Part shown: piece after piece, positions 1-7,148 of the stretch
Position numbering within the stretch: position 1 is the first letter of the stretch
How the letters are laid out: every line of letters starts with the position of its first letter
Notes under the pieces: model-generated
Database searches by the model: none
What the model was told of the DNA's origin: nothing
The model's input: only the letters and a program-made list of their open reading frames with translations
Made by a program: the position numbers and the translations under genes
Origin: a virus
Direction: 5' to 3' (one strand)
Virus record (IMG/VR): IMGVR_UViG_3300032245_000795
Location: 1-64,000 of that record
DNA: 64,000 nucleotides

Positions 1-18
1 AAAACATGCTCAGGTTTA
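1..18 (-). ncRNA. partial copy of repeated H-type pseudoknot motif (cut by window start)
   Basis: minus strand AAAC-CUGAGCAU-GUUU; same loop as the other copies. Confidence 0.55.
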
Positions 19-32
19 TTAGTAGCCCCCTA

Positions 33-449
33 CTAAATATCGATACGGTCAACACTGGATGATAAATAAGTTACACCCTGCGGTTCTGATACTGAGTCAA
101 AATCAATTTCATGAATTAAATTCATTGCTGATTCTTCATCTCGTGCATTGACTGTAATTGAATATTGAACTGTAACTTCTAATTCAAATTCTTTTGATAA
201 TTCAAATCCGCAAATATCTGCAATTGATTGAGCAGTGTCTTCATCAATGGTACCAAATTCCATTGCTTCCAAGGTCCACTCTTGCATTTCATTAGTGATA
301 CGTGAGCGCTCTGCAGCCTCACCATATGAGCGCTGAGTTACTTTTTGGATGTGCTCTTCAAGTTGTTGAATTCGTTCTTTGTTTTGCACAAGAGTGGTTT
401 CTAAAAACTCTCGTGTCATGTAGTGATTGTCGATTACTGGTTGGTCCAT
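33..449 (-). CDS. hypothetical phage protein (N-terminal coiled coil)
   Basis: 138-aa ORF with AGAAAGAGG RBS and an upstream promoter at 482-503. Confidence 0.8.
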   Translation of the reverse strand: MDQPVIDNHYMTREFLETTLVQNKERIQQLEEHIQKVTQRSYGEAAERSRITNEMQEWTLEAMEFGTIDEDTAQSIADICGFELSKEFELEVTVQYSITVNARDEESAMNLIHEIDFDSVSEPQGVTYLSSSVDRIDI

Positions 450-481
450 GGGGGCCTCTTTCTGTTAGTTTGTTTAATTTA

Positions 482-511
482 ATTGTACTACGTGCCACTG
501 ACATTTGTCAA
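482..511 (-). promoter_or_regulatory. promoter TTGACA..TGTCAG-N10-TACAAT (PafBC/RecA-NDp-like)
   Basis: minus strand ttgaca-aatgtcagtggcacgtag-tacaat. Confidence 0.75.
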
Positions 512-523
512 GGGCCCTTTAGG

Positions 524-551
524 GTGAGCCTTTTTGGATCCTGCTCAGGAT
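524..551 (-). ncRNA. degenerate pseudoknot repeat copy
   Basis: AUC-CUGAGCAG-GAU-CCAAAAAG-GCUCA. Confidence 0.5.
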
Positions 552-627
552 GTCTGCTTCTTTGGGGCTGCAGTACCCCTGCTCTATAGTATTTCTATTA
601 TCGCCCTAATCAGCCTGGCGAATTATG

Positions 628-656
628 TTGAGCAGTTTATACACTTACTCAGGTGT
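628..656 (-). ncRNA. pseudoknot repeat copy
   Basis: ACAC-CUGAGUAA-GUGU-AUAAAC-UGCUCA. Confidence 0.65.
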
Positions 657-706
657 CTTATCTCAGGCATACCTGCACATCATGGCGCAGGCTTAGCAGA
701 GATAAA

Positions 707-1129
707 TTATAGGTAGCGAGCCACCGCATTGTATGTTGAGGTATTTACTGTTTCCTCATCTGTCATCTTTAAGATACGAATAGCATTTTCGATTTCCTCT
801 TTCATCTCACGATAAGTATGAGAACCCATTTGCTCAAAGTCACGCTCAGGTTCTTTTGGTAGTTCTGCCTGTGTAACTGTTAAGTCAAAGTCAATGTTCA
901 ATGTGTTATTCCATGAACGATAGTTAGTGCGGAAGTTTTCTGCCTTCTTGATGTTGGCAACGGCATAAGCAGAAAGTTCCTTCTGCCACTTTTCTCTTGC
1001 CTTTGTGTATTTTGCTTCATTTGCTTCTTGATTAGCATAGTTAGTGTTTAGTTCTACTAACTTTGTCTCAAGTGCCTTGATTACCTTTGGTGTTGCGATT
1101 TTAACGCTGATTGCTTTTCCTCTTGCCAT
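707..1129 (-). CDS. hypothetical protein (likely start MARGK at 1129)
   Basis: ORF track 707..1180; AAGGAAAAG RBS precedes ATG 1129, and the upstream extension overlaps an RNA motif. Confidence 0.8.
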   Translation of the reverse strand: MARGKAISVKIATPKVIKALETKLVELNTNYANQEANEAKYTKAREKWQKELSAYAVANIKKAENFRTNYRSWNNTLNIDFDLTVTQAELPKEPERDFEQMGSHTYREMKEEIENAIRILKMTDEETVNTSTYNAVARYL

Positions 1130-1160
1130 GTGGGTCTTTTCCTTTTCTGTTAGGGGGTTT

Positions 1161-1190
1161 GTTGAGCAGTTTGTATTCATGCTCAGGAAT
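1161..1190 (-). ncRNA. pseudoknot repeat copy
   Basis: AUUC-CUGAGCAU-GAAU-ACAAAC-UGCUCA. Confidence 0.65.
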
Positions 1191-1201
1191 AACTAATTAG
1201 A

Positions 1202-1366
1202 TTACTTAGCCGTCCAAGTTGTATAGCGGTGTGCGCCATTGACATCTAACTTAACACGAACATTTCCATTAGCCTGTGGTTCGATTGCTACGATTGTGCC
1301 TGTGACCTTTGACTTCTGTGTTGTGTATAGGTCGCCTACCTTGTATGTTGCTGTTGCTACTGACAT
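1202..1366 (-). CDS. 54-aa small beta-rich (SH3/KOW-like) protein, not in ORF track
   Basis: MSVATATYKVGDLYTTQKSKVTGTIVAIEPQANGNVRVKLDVNGAHRYTTWTAK; AAGGAG RBS; promoter at 1396-1417. Confidence 0.8.
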   Translation of the reverse strand: MSVATATYKVGDLYTTQKSKVTGTIVAIEPQANGNVRVKLDVNGAHRYTTWTAK

Positions 1367-1395
1367 TTATTTCTCCTTTGTTGTTGTATGTATTA

Positions 1396-1425
1396 AGTAT
1401 AACATTTCCTACTGACATTTTTCAA
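1396..1425 (-). promoter_or_regulatory. TGTCAG-N10-TATACT promoter
   Basis: ttgaaa-aatgtcagtaggaaatgt-tatact. Confidence 0.75.
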
Positions 1426-1526
1426 GTTGATACCTGAATAATCTCACTATGTGGAATTGTTATTTTGTTATGTAATAAGTATAGCAAAAAATCTAAGAAA
1501 TCTCAAATCCTGGGGAGGTTTTGGGG

Positions 1527-1542
1527 TGTGTCCTTAATCACA
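1527..1542. promoter_or_regulatory. CRP-like box (1 mismatch)
   Basis: TGTGT-ccttaa-TCACA. Confidence 0.5.
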
Positions 1543-1674
1543 TCTTAAATAGCATGTTAAAACTTGACAAATTAAAAATTTTGCGCTAGGGGGCCCATTT
1601 CACAACGGGCTTGCAAAAATTGCATATAAAAATATTGCAGTTAAAAATAAAATAATTATTTGTTTCATGCTATC

Positions 1675-2397
1675 TCATTTCTTAGTCGCAGAAAAAATTA
1701 TGTCACTCTTAGAGTATACACACAATGAACAAGAAACGCAAGCGGAGCCAGCCGATGAGATAAGTGGAATTTGTTTATTATTCTCAGGACACTTAGCGGC
1801 AGGACGACCAATCATTTCTTTTACATCTGCTTGACCAATAGCAAAATTCTTAGCAAGGTATGCCATGCGAACACCACTATTAATTTTTAGATCAACGGCA
1901 GTCTTAACATTCTCGCTATCTGCAGAAAAGTATAAACTAAGATTAGGAATGTCCTTAAGAATAAGCGCTGCACTCTTCACACGGGTGTACACCCAGAATT
2001 GAACATCCTCATGCTTATCAATAATTACTTTCCATGCATAGGCATAGGTATCATTAAAGAAATCTCCGTCCCAGTGGATGCGGAATAGCATAGGTGCATC
2101 TTTCTTGATACAATCATTCTTGAAATCAACAATCATCTCATTAAGCAAGCGGACCATAGTTTCGCCGTCTGCATCTTTAAGTAGATCCCAATTGTGTAAT
2201 AGATTTACTTTAACGGAAGGGAATACCTTTTCCAATTTGCCTGCATAGCAAACACTCTCGCAGACACTCGTAGCGCCAGGACATGAATAAGCCTTTCCTG
2301 CAGGTAATCCGAATGTATTGGCAATTGCTGCTTGTTTTCCATTTTTTGTGACAAGGTTAGCCACCTTTCTATCATTAGAACGTTTTAGTTTAGTCAT
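1675..2397 (-). CDS. GP88-like protein (actinophage gene product 88 family; Cys cluster)
   Basis: FGLPAG..SCPGAT..C...CYA, FRIHWDGDF, FWVYTR, and C-terminal CP..C..C..C motifs. Confidence 0.7.
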   Translation of the reverse strand: MTKLKRSNDRKVANLVTKNGKQAAIANTFGLPAGKAYSCPGATSVCESVCYAGKLEKVFPSVKVNLLHNWDLLKDADGETMVRLLNEMIVDFKNDCIKKDAPMLFRIHWDGDFFNDTYAYAWKVIIDKHEDVQFWVYTRVKSAALILKDIPNLSLYFSADSENVKTAVDLKINSGVRMAYLAKNFAIGQADVKEMIGRPAAKCPENNKQIPLISSAGSACVSCSLCVYSKSDIIFSATKK

Positions 2398-2507
2398 TAG
2401 TTATAACTCTCCTTGCAGTTAGCGCAAATTGAATGGAGTTTACAATAGCATGATTTAGCATCAGGGCGTATCATGTCTGTTTCATAGTAATCGTCATAGA
2501 AATCCAT
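2397..2507 (-). CDS. 36-aa Cys-rich protein
   Basis: MDFYDDYYETDMIRPDAKSCYCKLHSICANCKESYN; stop overlaps the next ATG (TAATG). Confidence 0.6.
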   Translation of the reverse strand: MDFYDDYYETDMIRPDAKSCYCKLHSICANCKESYN

Positions 2508-2513
2508 TGTGGG

Positions 2514-2654
2514 CTACTCTCTTTCTTTCTTTAATTGTATCATCAGGGACTGACATTTTTTACGGTCATACTTTTTCTTATTGGGTACGGCAGAGGCTGC
2601 ATTACTACGGCGTAATTCCATAAGCCTACGTAATTCCTCTTTTGATTTCTTCAT
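2514..2654 (-). CDS. 46-aa basic leaderless protein
   Basis: MKKSKEELRRLMELRRSNAASAVPNKKKYDRKK...; ATG 6 nt after TAAGAT of a TTGACA-18-TAAGAT promoter (2661-2690). Confidence 0.6.
   Translation of the reverse strand: MKKSKEELRRLMELRRSNAASAVPNKKKYDRKKCQSLMIQLKKERE
2534..2555 (-). promoter_or_regulatory. TGTCAG-N10-TACAAT promoter
   Basis: aatgtcag-tccctgatga-tacaat. Confidence 0.7.
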
Positions 2655-2699
2655 AAATTAATCTTAGCATACATGGGGATAAAATGTCAAATCTTAAAC

Positions 2700-2744
2700 T
2701 GTGATCAATCTCACACGGCGACACGCTAGATAAATTAACCTAGG
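2700..2744. promoter_or_regulatory. regulatory cassette: CRP box, CGACACGC, CTAG/CCTAGG
   Basis: TGTGA-tcaatc-TCACA 2700-2715; CGACACGC 2719-2726; CCTAGG 2739-2744. Confidence 0.7.
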
Positions 2745-2745
2745 C

Positions 2746-2773
2746 GATTTTGTGCAGGGAAGCACACAAAATC
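2746..2773. terminator. hairpin at the end of a gene block
   Basis: GATTTTGTG...CACAAAATC inverted repeat just after stop 2781. Confidence 0.5.
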
Positions 2774-2780
2774 ACTTTTA

Positions 2781-3020
2781 CTATTCTTCTTCAGTAAAAA
2801 CATACAACGGAATTAAATCCGTGTATGCATACTGTGTAAATTCTTTTTCACCAAATTCGTTTTGAGTTTGTATGTCATAGTTATCTCCAGTAGAATCACT
2901 TTCAATAAAAATTACTTCAACAATGTCTTCATCAACTTTAATTAAATCACCAAGCATTACTTGGTCTGGTGTTAAGTTATCTGCGTGGATCAATTCCATA
3001 GCAATCATTGTATCAGACAT
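2781..3020 (-). CDS. hypothetical protein
   Basis: 79-aa ORF, tightly coupled operon. Confidence 0.75.
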   Translation of the reverse strand: MSDTMIAMELIHADNLTPDQVMLGDLIKVDEDIVEVIFIESDSTGDNYDIQTQNEFGEKEFTQYAYTDLIPLYVFTEEE

Positions 3021-3290
3021 TTATTCTCCCTCTGGTAGCCAAAATGATAAGTGGTGTTGGTCTACAATTGCGTGTGCGGGTGCGTGACTCATTCCCTTAT
3101 AGAATACGCCTTCAGGCATAGCAATAAATCGGTTATAGTCCTCATCATAGTATGCGTCAATAGCATCTATGCAAGGTTGCACCATAGATAGTGGCACTGG
3201 TGGATAGTGATTACCTTGTAAGTGATAGGCAATCTGAGTTTCTAAGTCAAGCACTGAGTCCTGTATTCCTAACGCTGTTACGCTTCCCAT
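3021..3290 (-). CDS. hypothetical protein (HLQGNHYPPVP motif)
   Basis: 89-aa ORF, coupled. Confidence 0.75.
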   Translation of the reverse strand: MGSVTALGIQDSVLDLETQIAYHLQGNHYPPVPLSMVQPCIDAIDAYYDEDYNRFIAMPEGVFYKGMSHAPAHAIVDQHHLSFWLPEGE

Positions 3291-3508
3291 TATCGTGTTA
3301 CCACCATTCCTGTTTTGTAGAAAGTTTTTGTGTGCATTTTGCCTGATGGCTCTGATAGATTAACTGTTGCGTATTCATTAGCAAATCCGTGGTCTGTAAA
3401 TTTTTGATAAACTTCAACGGCAGATAAAGCATCACTATAACGACCAACCCACTTAGGCGTAGGTGATGAGTCATAGGTACAAGTAACTGAGTATAGGTAT
3501 TCGTTCAT
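3290..3508 (-). CDS. hypothetical protein, homologous to N-half of 29526..29981
   Basis: shared D.GFA.EY.TV.L.EP.GK..TK. Confidence 0.8.
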   Translation of the reverse strand: MNEYLYSVTCTYDSSPTPKWVGRYSDALSAVEVYQKFTDHGFANEYATVNLSEPSGKMHTKTFYKTGMVVTR

Positions 3509-3699
3509 TAGTTATTCTCCTTATAGTTTTCGTTCATGATACTTTCAGAATACCATTCGCAGTATTCATTTTCAAGAGACACGCCTTTAGCGCACTCACA
3601 AAATTCTGAGTCAAAGTCCTCGCCACCATTACCAAAAAAGAGGACACCCTCATCATAGCAATCGGTGCAATCAACCAAAAAGTCTAATAAGTTTCCCAT
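3508..3699 (-). CDS. small Cys-rich (CxxC...CxC) protein
   Basis: 63-aa ORF, coupled. Confidence 0.7.
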   Translation of the reverse strand: MGNLLDFLVDCTDCYDEGVLFFGNGGEDFDSEFCECAKGVSLENEYCEWYSESIMNENYKENN

Positions 3700-3703
3700 T
3701 TAT

Positions 3704-3916
3704 TTATTCTCCAACTCTTACAGATAGATAACGATAAGTGTCCTTTAGATTAAATACTGAAGGATAGTGAGGGCGTACCTGAACGCGATAACTTTCTAAG
3801 CCTGCGCCATAAAAGACATCAGACTTTTCTGCGTCAATTATTTCTCCTGTTAAAGTGCGTGAGTGATAAGTTTTTCCTACAAGTAGGTTTTCTATTGAAT
3901 AGACATTTGCTGACAT
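3704..3916 (-). CDS. small hypothetical protein
   Basis: 70 aa; AGAGG RBS; promoter at 3949-3970. Confidence 0.75.
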   Translation of the reverse strand: MSANVYSIENLLVGKTYHSRTLTGEIIDAEKSDVFYGAGLESYRVQVRPHYPSVFNLKDTYRYLSVRVGE

Positions 3917-3948
3917 TTGCCAACCTCTTTCTTTGTTGTTATTTATTT

Positions 3949-3970
3949 ATCCTACCATTAGGGTCTGACA
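3949..3970 (-). promoter_or_regulatory. TGTCAG-N10-TAGGAT promoter
   Basis: tttgtcag-accctaatgg-taggat. Confidence 0.7.
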
Positions 3971-4071
3971 AATATTTGTTATTTATTTTTCTTACTATGT
4001 AAGTTTAACCTATTAGACAAAAGTTATCAAACTACTGCCGAGTAGTCTTAAATAATGAGACGCTCAAGCCA

Positions 4072-4173
4072 TGTGATAAACTTCACAAAATTTTGGGCGT
4101 GTCGTAAACAACTTCTTAAATGACCTGTGGATAACCTGGTCTGACCTGTGGAAAACGGCCTAGATTGCCTAGG
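4072..4173. promoter_or_regulatory. regulatory cassette: CRP box, GCGTGTCG, two DnaA-type boxes, CCTAG/CCTAGG
   Basis: TGTGA-taaact-TCACA 4072-4087; GCGTGTCG 4097-4104; TGTGGATAA 4126-4134; TGTGGAAAA 4147-4155; CCTAGG 4168-4173. Confidence 0.75.
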
Positions 4174-4179
4174 AAAAAT

Positions 4180-4209
4180 TTAAGCAGTTTTAAATCATGC
4201 TCAGGATTT
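4180..4209 (-). ncRNA. pseudoknot repeat copy
   Basis: AAAUC-CUGAGCAU-GAUUU-AAAAC-UGCUUA, just after stop 4214. Confidence 0.65.
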
Positions 4210-4213
4210 TTAT

Positions 4214-4366
4214 TTATTTTTTAAGTCGTTCAGTTCGCAATGCAACCTGCAATCTACGAATTTCTTTTTCTAATTTGATGTTGTGTTTCCAAAACGCAAT
4301 CATCATTCCAACAGATCCAGCGAGTGCAATTACGATTGCGATTAGCGTTCCATTATCTAAAATCAT
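4214..4366 (-). CDS. 50-aa single-TM membrane protein, not in track
   Basis: MILDNGTLIAIVIALAGSVGMMIAFWKHNIKLEKEIRRLQVALRTERLKK; ATGA overlap with the upstream gene. Confidence 0.7.
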   Translation of the reverse strand: MILDNGTLIAIVIALAGSVGMMIAFWKHNIKLEKEIRRLQVALRTERLKK

Positions 4367-4548
4367 TTAGACATCTCCAATTCTTTAACGCAAGCATCCC
4401 AAAATCTGTTTTCATCAAATCTTGGATTGTCTGCACTAAACCATTCACTAAATTCAAAAATTAAATCTTGAAAAACGTGAGAGTCGATGTTATCTGAAAA
4501 CTGATTTAGAATTTTTGCAGTTTCTACATAGTCTTTTCGTGTCATCAT
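4363..4548 (-). CDS. hypothetical protein, homologous to C-half of 29526..29981
   Basis: R..Y..T ... F..DN.RF...RF. Confidence 0.8.
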   Translation of the reverse strand: MMTRKDYVETAKILNQFSDNIDSHVFQDLIFEFSEWFSADNPRFDENRFWDACVKELEMSK

Positions 4549-4754
4549 TATTTTGCCACCTTAAGAATTGCATAGGACCCGCCTGCGTTAATTTCATCAA
4601 GGATAGGTCCTAACTTTGGAGCAATTAAATCCTTAAGCATTGACTCAAGCATTATGATTTGCATTTCTTTTTCAAGGTTTGCTAATTGCTTTCCTACTGG
4701 ATGAGTTTCGTCTACCTCTGTGATAAACTTTAGATTGTGTTCGATTTGTACCAT
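4548..4754 (-). CDS. hypothetical protein
   Basis: 68-aa ORF, coupled. Confidence 0.7.
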   Translation of the reverse strand: MVQIEHNLKFITEVDETHPVGKQLANLEKEMQIIMLESMLKDLIAPKLGPILDEINAGGSYAILKVAK

Positions 4755-4773
4755 TGTTTTATTTCCTATTCTT

Positions 4774-4893
4774 TTAGTTTGATTCGGGAGTGGTGAATAA
4801 TTTAGTGCATGAGCATTTAACTATTGTTATTGTGTCCGATAGCGTTTCAATAGTAGCGAGTGTATCGCATGAGTCGCATAAAAAGATTTCCAT
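4774..4893 (-). CDS. 39-aa CxxC/CxC protein
   Basis: MEIFLCDSCDTLATIETLSDTITIVKCSCTKLFTTPESN; TAATG coupling. Confidence 0.55.
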   Translation of the reverse strand: MEIFLCDSCDTLATIETLSDTITIVKCSCTKLFTTPESN

Positions 4894-5078
4894 TATAGGC
4901 TACGGCTTCCGCGTAGTGTTCCGCTAACGCCTAATGCGTCACACGATACTTTTACCGCAACGCCAACAGGTAATTGTGTTGGGTATGTTGAGATAAACTG
5001 AGCAACCGCACCGCGAGAGGCAAGGTTGATTTTCTTAGTCGAACCATTAAAGGTTTCGAGTGTTATAGTGTATGTCAT
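4893..5078 (-). CDS. hypothetical protein
   Basis: 61 aa; GAAAGG RBS; promoter at 5112-5133. Confidence 0.75.
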   Translation of the reverse strand: MTYTITLETFNGSTKKINLASRGAVAQFISTYPTQLPVGVAVKVSCDALGVSGTLRGSRSL

Positions 5079-5111
5079 TTATTGACTACCTTTCGTTAAG
5101 TTGATAAGACT

Positions 5112-5133
5112 ATCTTATACTATGGGTCTGACA
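5112..5133 (-). promoter_or_regulatory. TGTCAG-N10-TAAGAT promoter
   Basis: tttgtcag-acccatagta-taagat. Confidence 0.7.
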
Positions 5134-5140
5134 AATTAGG

Positions 5141-5358
5141 CACTTATTCGCTTAGGCTCATTGTGATACTAATCACACTTATTTGCTAAGGCTCATTGCT
5201 TATTTATCTTTATTTAATTGTTATACCTACAAGGATACCAGAAAAATCTCACAAAATCAAATCGACACGCCGTAAATAGGGGGATAAAATAGTGTGACCT
5301 TAAACACATAGGTTATCCACATCACCCTGTGGACGACACGCTAGATAGATCGCCTAGG
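5141..5358. promoter_or_regulatory. regulatory cassette: CRP boxes, DnaA box, 2x CGACACGC, CCTAGG
   Basis: TGTGA-tactaa-TCACA 5162-5177; CGACACGC 5263 and 5334; TGTGA-ccttaa-ACACA 5293-5308; TTATCCACA 5313-5321; CCTAGG 5353-5358. Confidence 0.75.
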
Positions 5359-5362
5359 TAAA

Positions 5363-5388
5363 AATTGCAGAGTTTTATTTCTGCAATT
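5363..5388. terminator. hairpin, putative terminator
   Basis: AATTGCAGA...TCTGCAATT flanked by A/T runs. Confidence 0.55.
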
Positions 5389-5848
5389 CTTTTTTATTTA
5401 TAAATTACTTTGCGAATAAAGAAAACCAAAAACAATAAATGCAATCATTACAACTAACAATTTATTTCTCCTCAATTTCGTTTAGTAAATCCCAAAGTAC
5501 TGGCTCTAACTCTAACGCTACTGCGTCAAGTTTTTCTTGAAGTGTTTTCATTCGCTAACCTCTAATTCTGTATAATCAACAACAGTAAAATCAAGTCGTT
5601 CCAATGGAACAACCTTTAACCATGATAGGGCAGACTCGAAACTATCGTCCTCAATAGTAACTGATAAATCAAAATTAAATACTGGCATTATTTAACCTCC
5701 TTGTATAAGTAGTCCCACGCCTTACGGCATAACACGATAGAGTTGCAATTATCGCAACAGATAACCCCATGAGGGTTAAGGTCTAAGTCGTACATGTCTA
5801 TTGTGGTAGTAACCGCACCACATACGGATTTAATTGGTACAAAGGTAC

Positions 5849-6031
5849 TCATCTCTTGAGTCCGTCCTTTCCATAAGTGTTGATAAAATCAGGGAGAGCC
5901 ATAACGCCCTTGTAGTCTTTACATGAAGGGCAAAATCTATTCCACCCATCAAATAGTGTTATGCAAAAGGCGCAGATGTTATCCATAGCGCATAAGCCTT
6001 GCTCATCTATAAATTGCATAGTGTCGTTCAT
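5849..6031 (-). CDS. small Zn-ribbon-like protein
   Basis: CAFC...CPSC. Confidence 0.65.
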   Translation of the reverse strand: MNDTMQFIDEQGLCAMDNICAFCITLFDGWNRFCPSCKDYKGVMALPDFINTYGKDGLKR

Positions 6032-6213
6032 TTAGTCACATACCAATCTGTCCATGTAGGAAATTGCTCAGGGTCACTATCATAGTAGTAACGCTCAATG
6101 TTGCTATCGCAATTAACGCATAGAGTAAATTGCTCATCTCCAATTTCGGAGATAGCGGAAACAAGAGGCTCGTGCCACTTGCATAGTGTGTTTAGTGTAG
6201 TCATTTTGACCAC
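6028..6213 (-). CDS. small Cys/His protein
   Basis: CKWH...CVNC; GAAAGGTGG RBS suggests the downstream ATG (MTTLN) as start. Confidence 0.65.
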   Translation of the reverse strand: MVKMTTLNTLCKWHEPLVSAISEIGDEQFTLCVNCDSNIERYYYDSDPEQFPTWTDWYVTK

Positions 6214-6258
6214 CTTTCGTAGCGGATTTCTTTACCGCTTGTTTTTCTTTATACTGTA

Positions 6259-6288
6259 ATTGTAGCATGGGGGTCTGACAAATGTCTA
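6259..6288 (-). promoter_or_regulatory. TGTCAG-N10-TACAAT promoter
   Basis: tagaca-tttgtcagacccccatgc-tacaat. Confidence 0.7.
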
Positions 6289-6314
6289 ATTGAAAATGCT
6301 ACCAATTCGGACAT

Positions 6315-6412
6315 TGTGAGCCGTATCACATGAGACATAGGTCACATTTGTATGGTCATAAATAATAATGACTATTTTTATCAGCGTGTCGGCTTGACAA
6401 AAACGGCCTAGG
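6315..6412. promoter_or_regulatory. regulatory cassette: tandem CRP boxes, GCGTGTCG, CCTAGG
   Basis: TGTGA-gccgta-TCACA 6315-6330 abutting TGAGA-catagg-TCACA 6331-6346; GCGTGTCG 6384-6391; CCTAGG 6407-6412. Confidence 0.7.
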
Positions 6413-6842
6413 TAATTTTGCAGGGGATCTACAAAACTACTAACAATTAACTAAGTGAAATACCTAACACAACACACAATGCAACAGCAACGAATGCACT
6501 GATTAGTCCTGCTGCTGGATAGTCTTCTACCCAATCAATAAACATAGTAAATGGATTCATTATTTTGTTTCCTTTTCTTTTAGCATTCCAAGAATTAAAT
6601 TAAGTTGTTCAGTTGTTAGCAACGCTTGAGCACAACCCCAAGCAAATGCAAGTGCCATTGCACTATCTCCATAGTGCTCATTTGCAAGAGTGTTTATCTC
6701 TTGCGTTATCTCGAAATTAGTTTTCATTAGTTTGTTACCTTTCTTTCCATTTTACGTGCAACAATTACCCACATGATGATGAGAGGTGTATTTAGAATTA
6801 GTGCGCCTGCAATAATCTGAAGTAGTGCTGTAGTTGCGTTCA

Positions 6843-7028
6843 TTAGTTTTCTTCTTTCGCTAATAGGTATTCGTTATTTAGGGGGCGAGAGTTATTAGAA
6901 AACATAGCCTCCACTATAGCCTTGTCTTTTATTGACTGGGCAGCACGGCGTTCCTGCTGTTCCTTTAGGATTCGATTATAAGTGTCCATGTAGGGGGTCT
7001 GACCTTTCTTGTTGTTGTTATGTTGCAA
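6843..7028 (-). CDS. hypothetical protein (true start probably MDTYN)
   Basis: ORF track; GAAAGG RBS precedes the internal ATG. Confidence 0.6.
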   Translation of the reverse strand: MQHNNNKKGQTPYMDTYNRILKEQQERRAAQSIKDKAIVEAMFSNNSRPLNNEYLLAKEEN

Positions 7029-7049
7029 GTATAGCAGGGGGGACTGACA
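7028..7049 (-). promoter_or_regulatory. TGTCAG-N10-TATACT promoter
   Basis: tttgtcag-tcccccctgc-tatact. Confidence 0.7.
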
Positions 7050-7067
7050 AATTTGGGGTACTGGTGG

Positions 7068-7148
7068 GCGTGTCGTGAAACTATTTTATGTGATTTGCAT
7101 CACAAGAAATCTAAACAGCCTGTGGATAACTTTGCCTAGGGCGTGTCG
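7068..7148. promoter_or_regulatory. regulatory cassette: CRP box, DnaA box, 2x GCGTGTCG, CCTAGG
   Basis: GCGTGTCG 7068 and 7141; TGTGA-tttgca-TCACA 7089-7104; TGTGGATAA 7121-7129; CCTAGG 7135-7140. Confidence 0.75.

Noticed and set aside
302-716. Plus-strand ORFs 302..589 and 534..716
   Set aside because: Antisense to the region's polarity, and overlap a promoter and structured RNA.
524-1190. Hammerhead ribozyme or preQ1 riboswitch identity for the CUGAG...AAAC motif
   Set aside because: Lacks the CUGAnGA/GAAA three-stem core and the preQ1 loop consensus; left unassigned.
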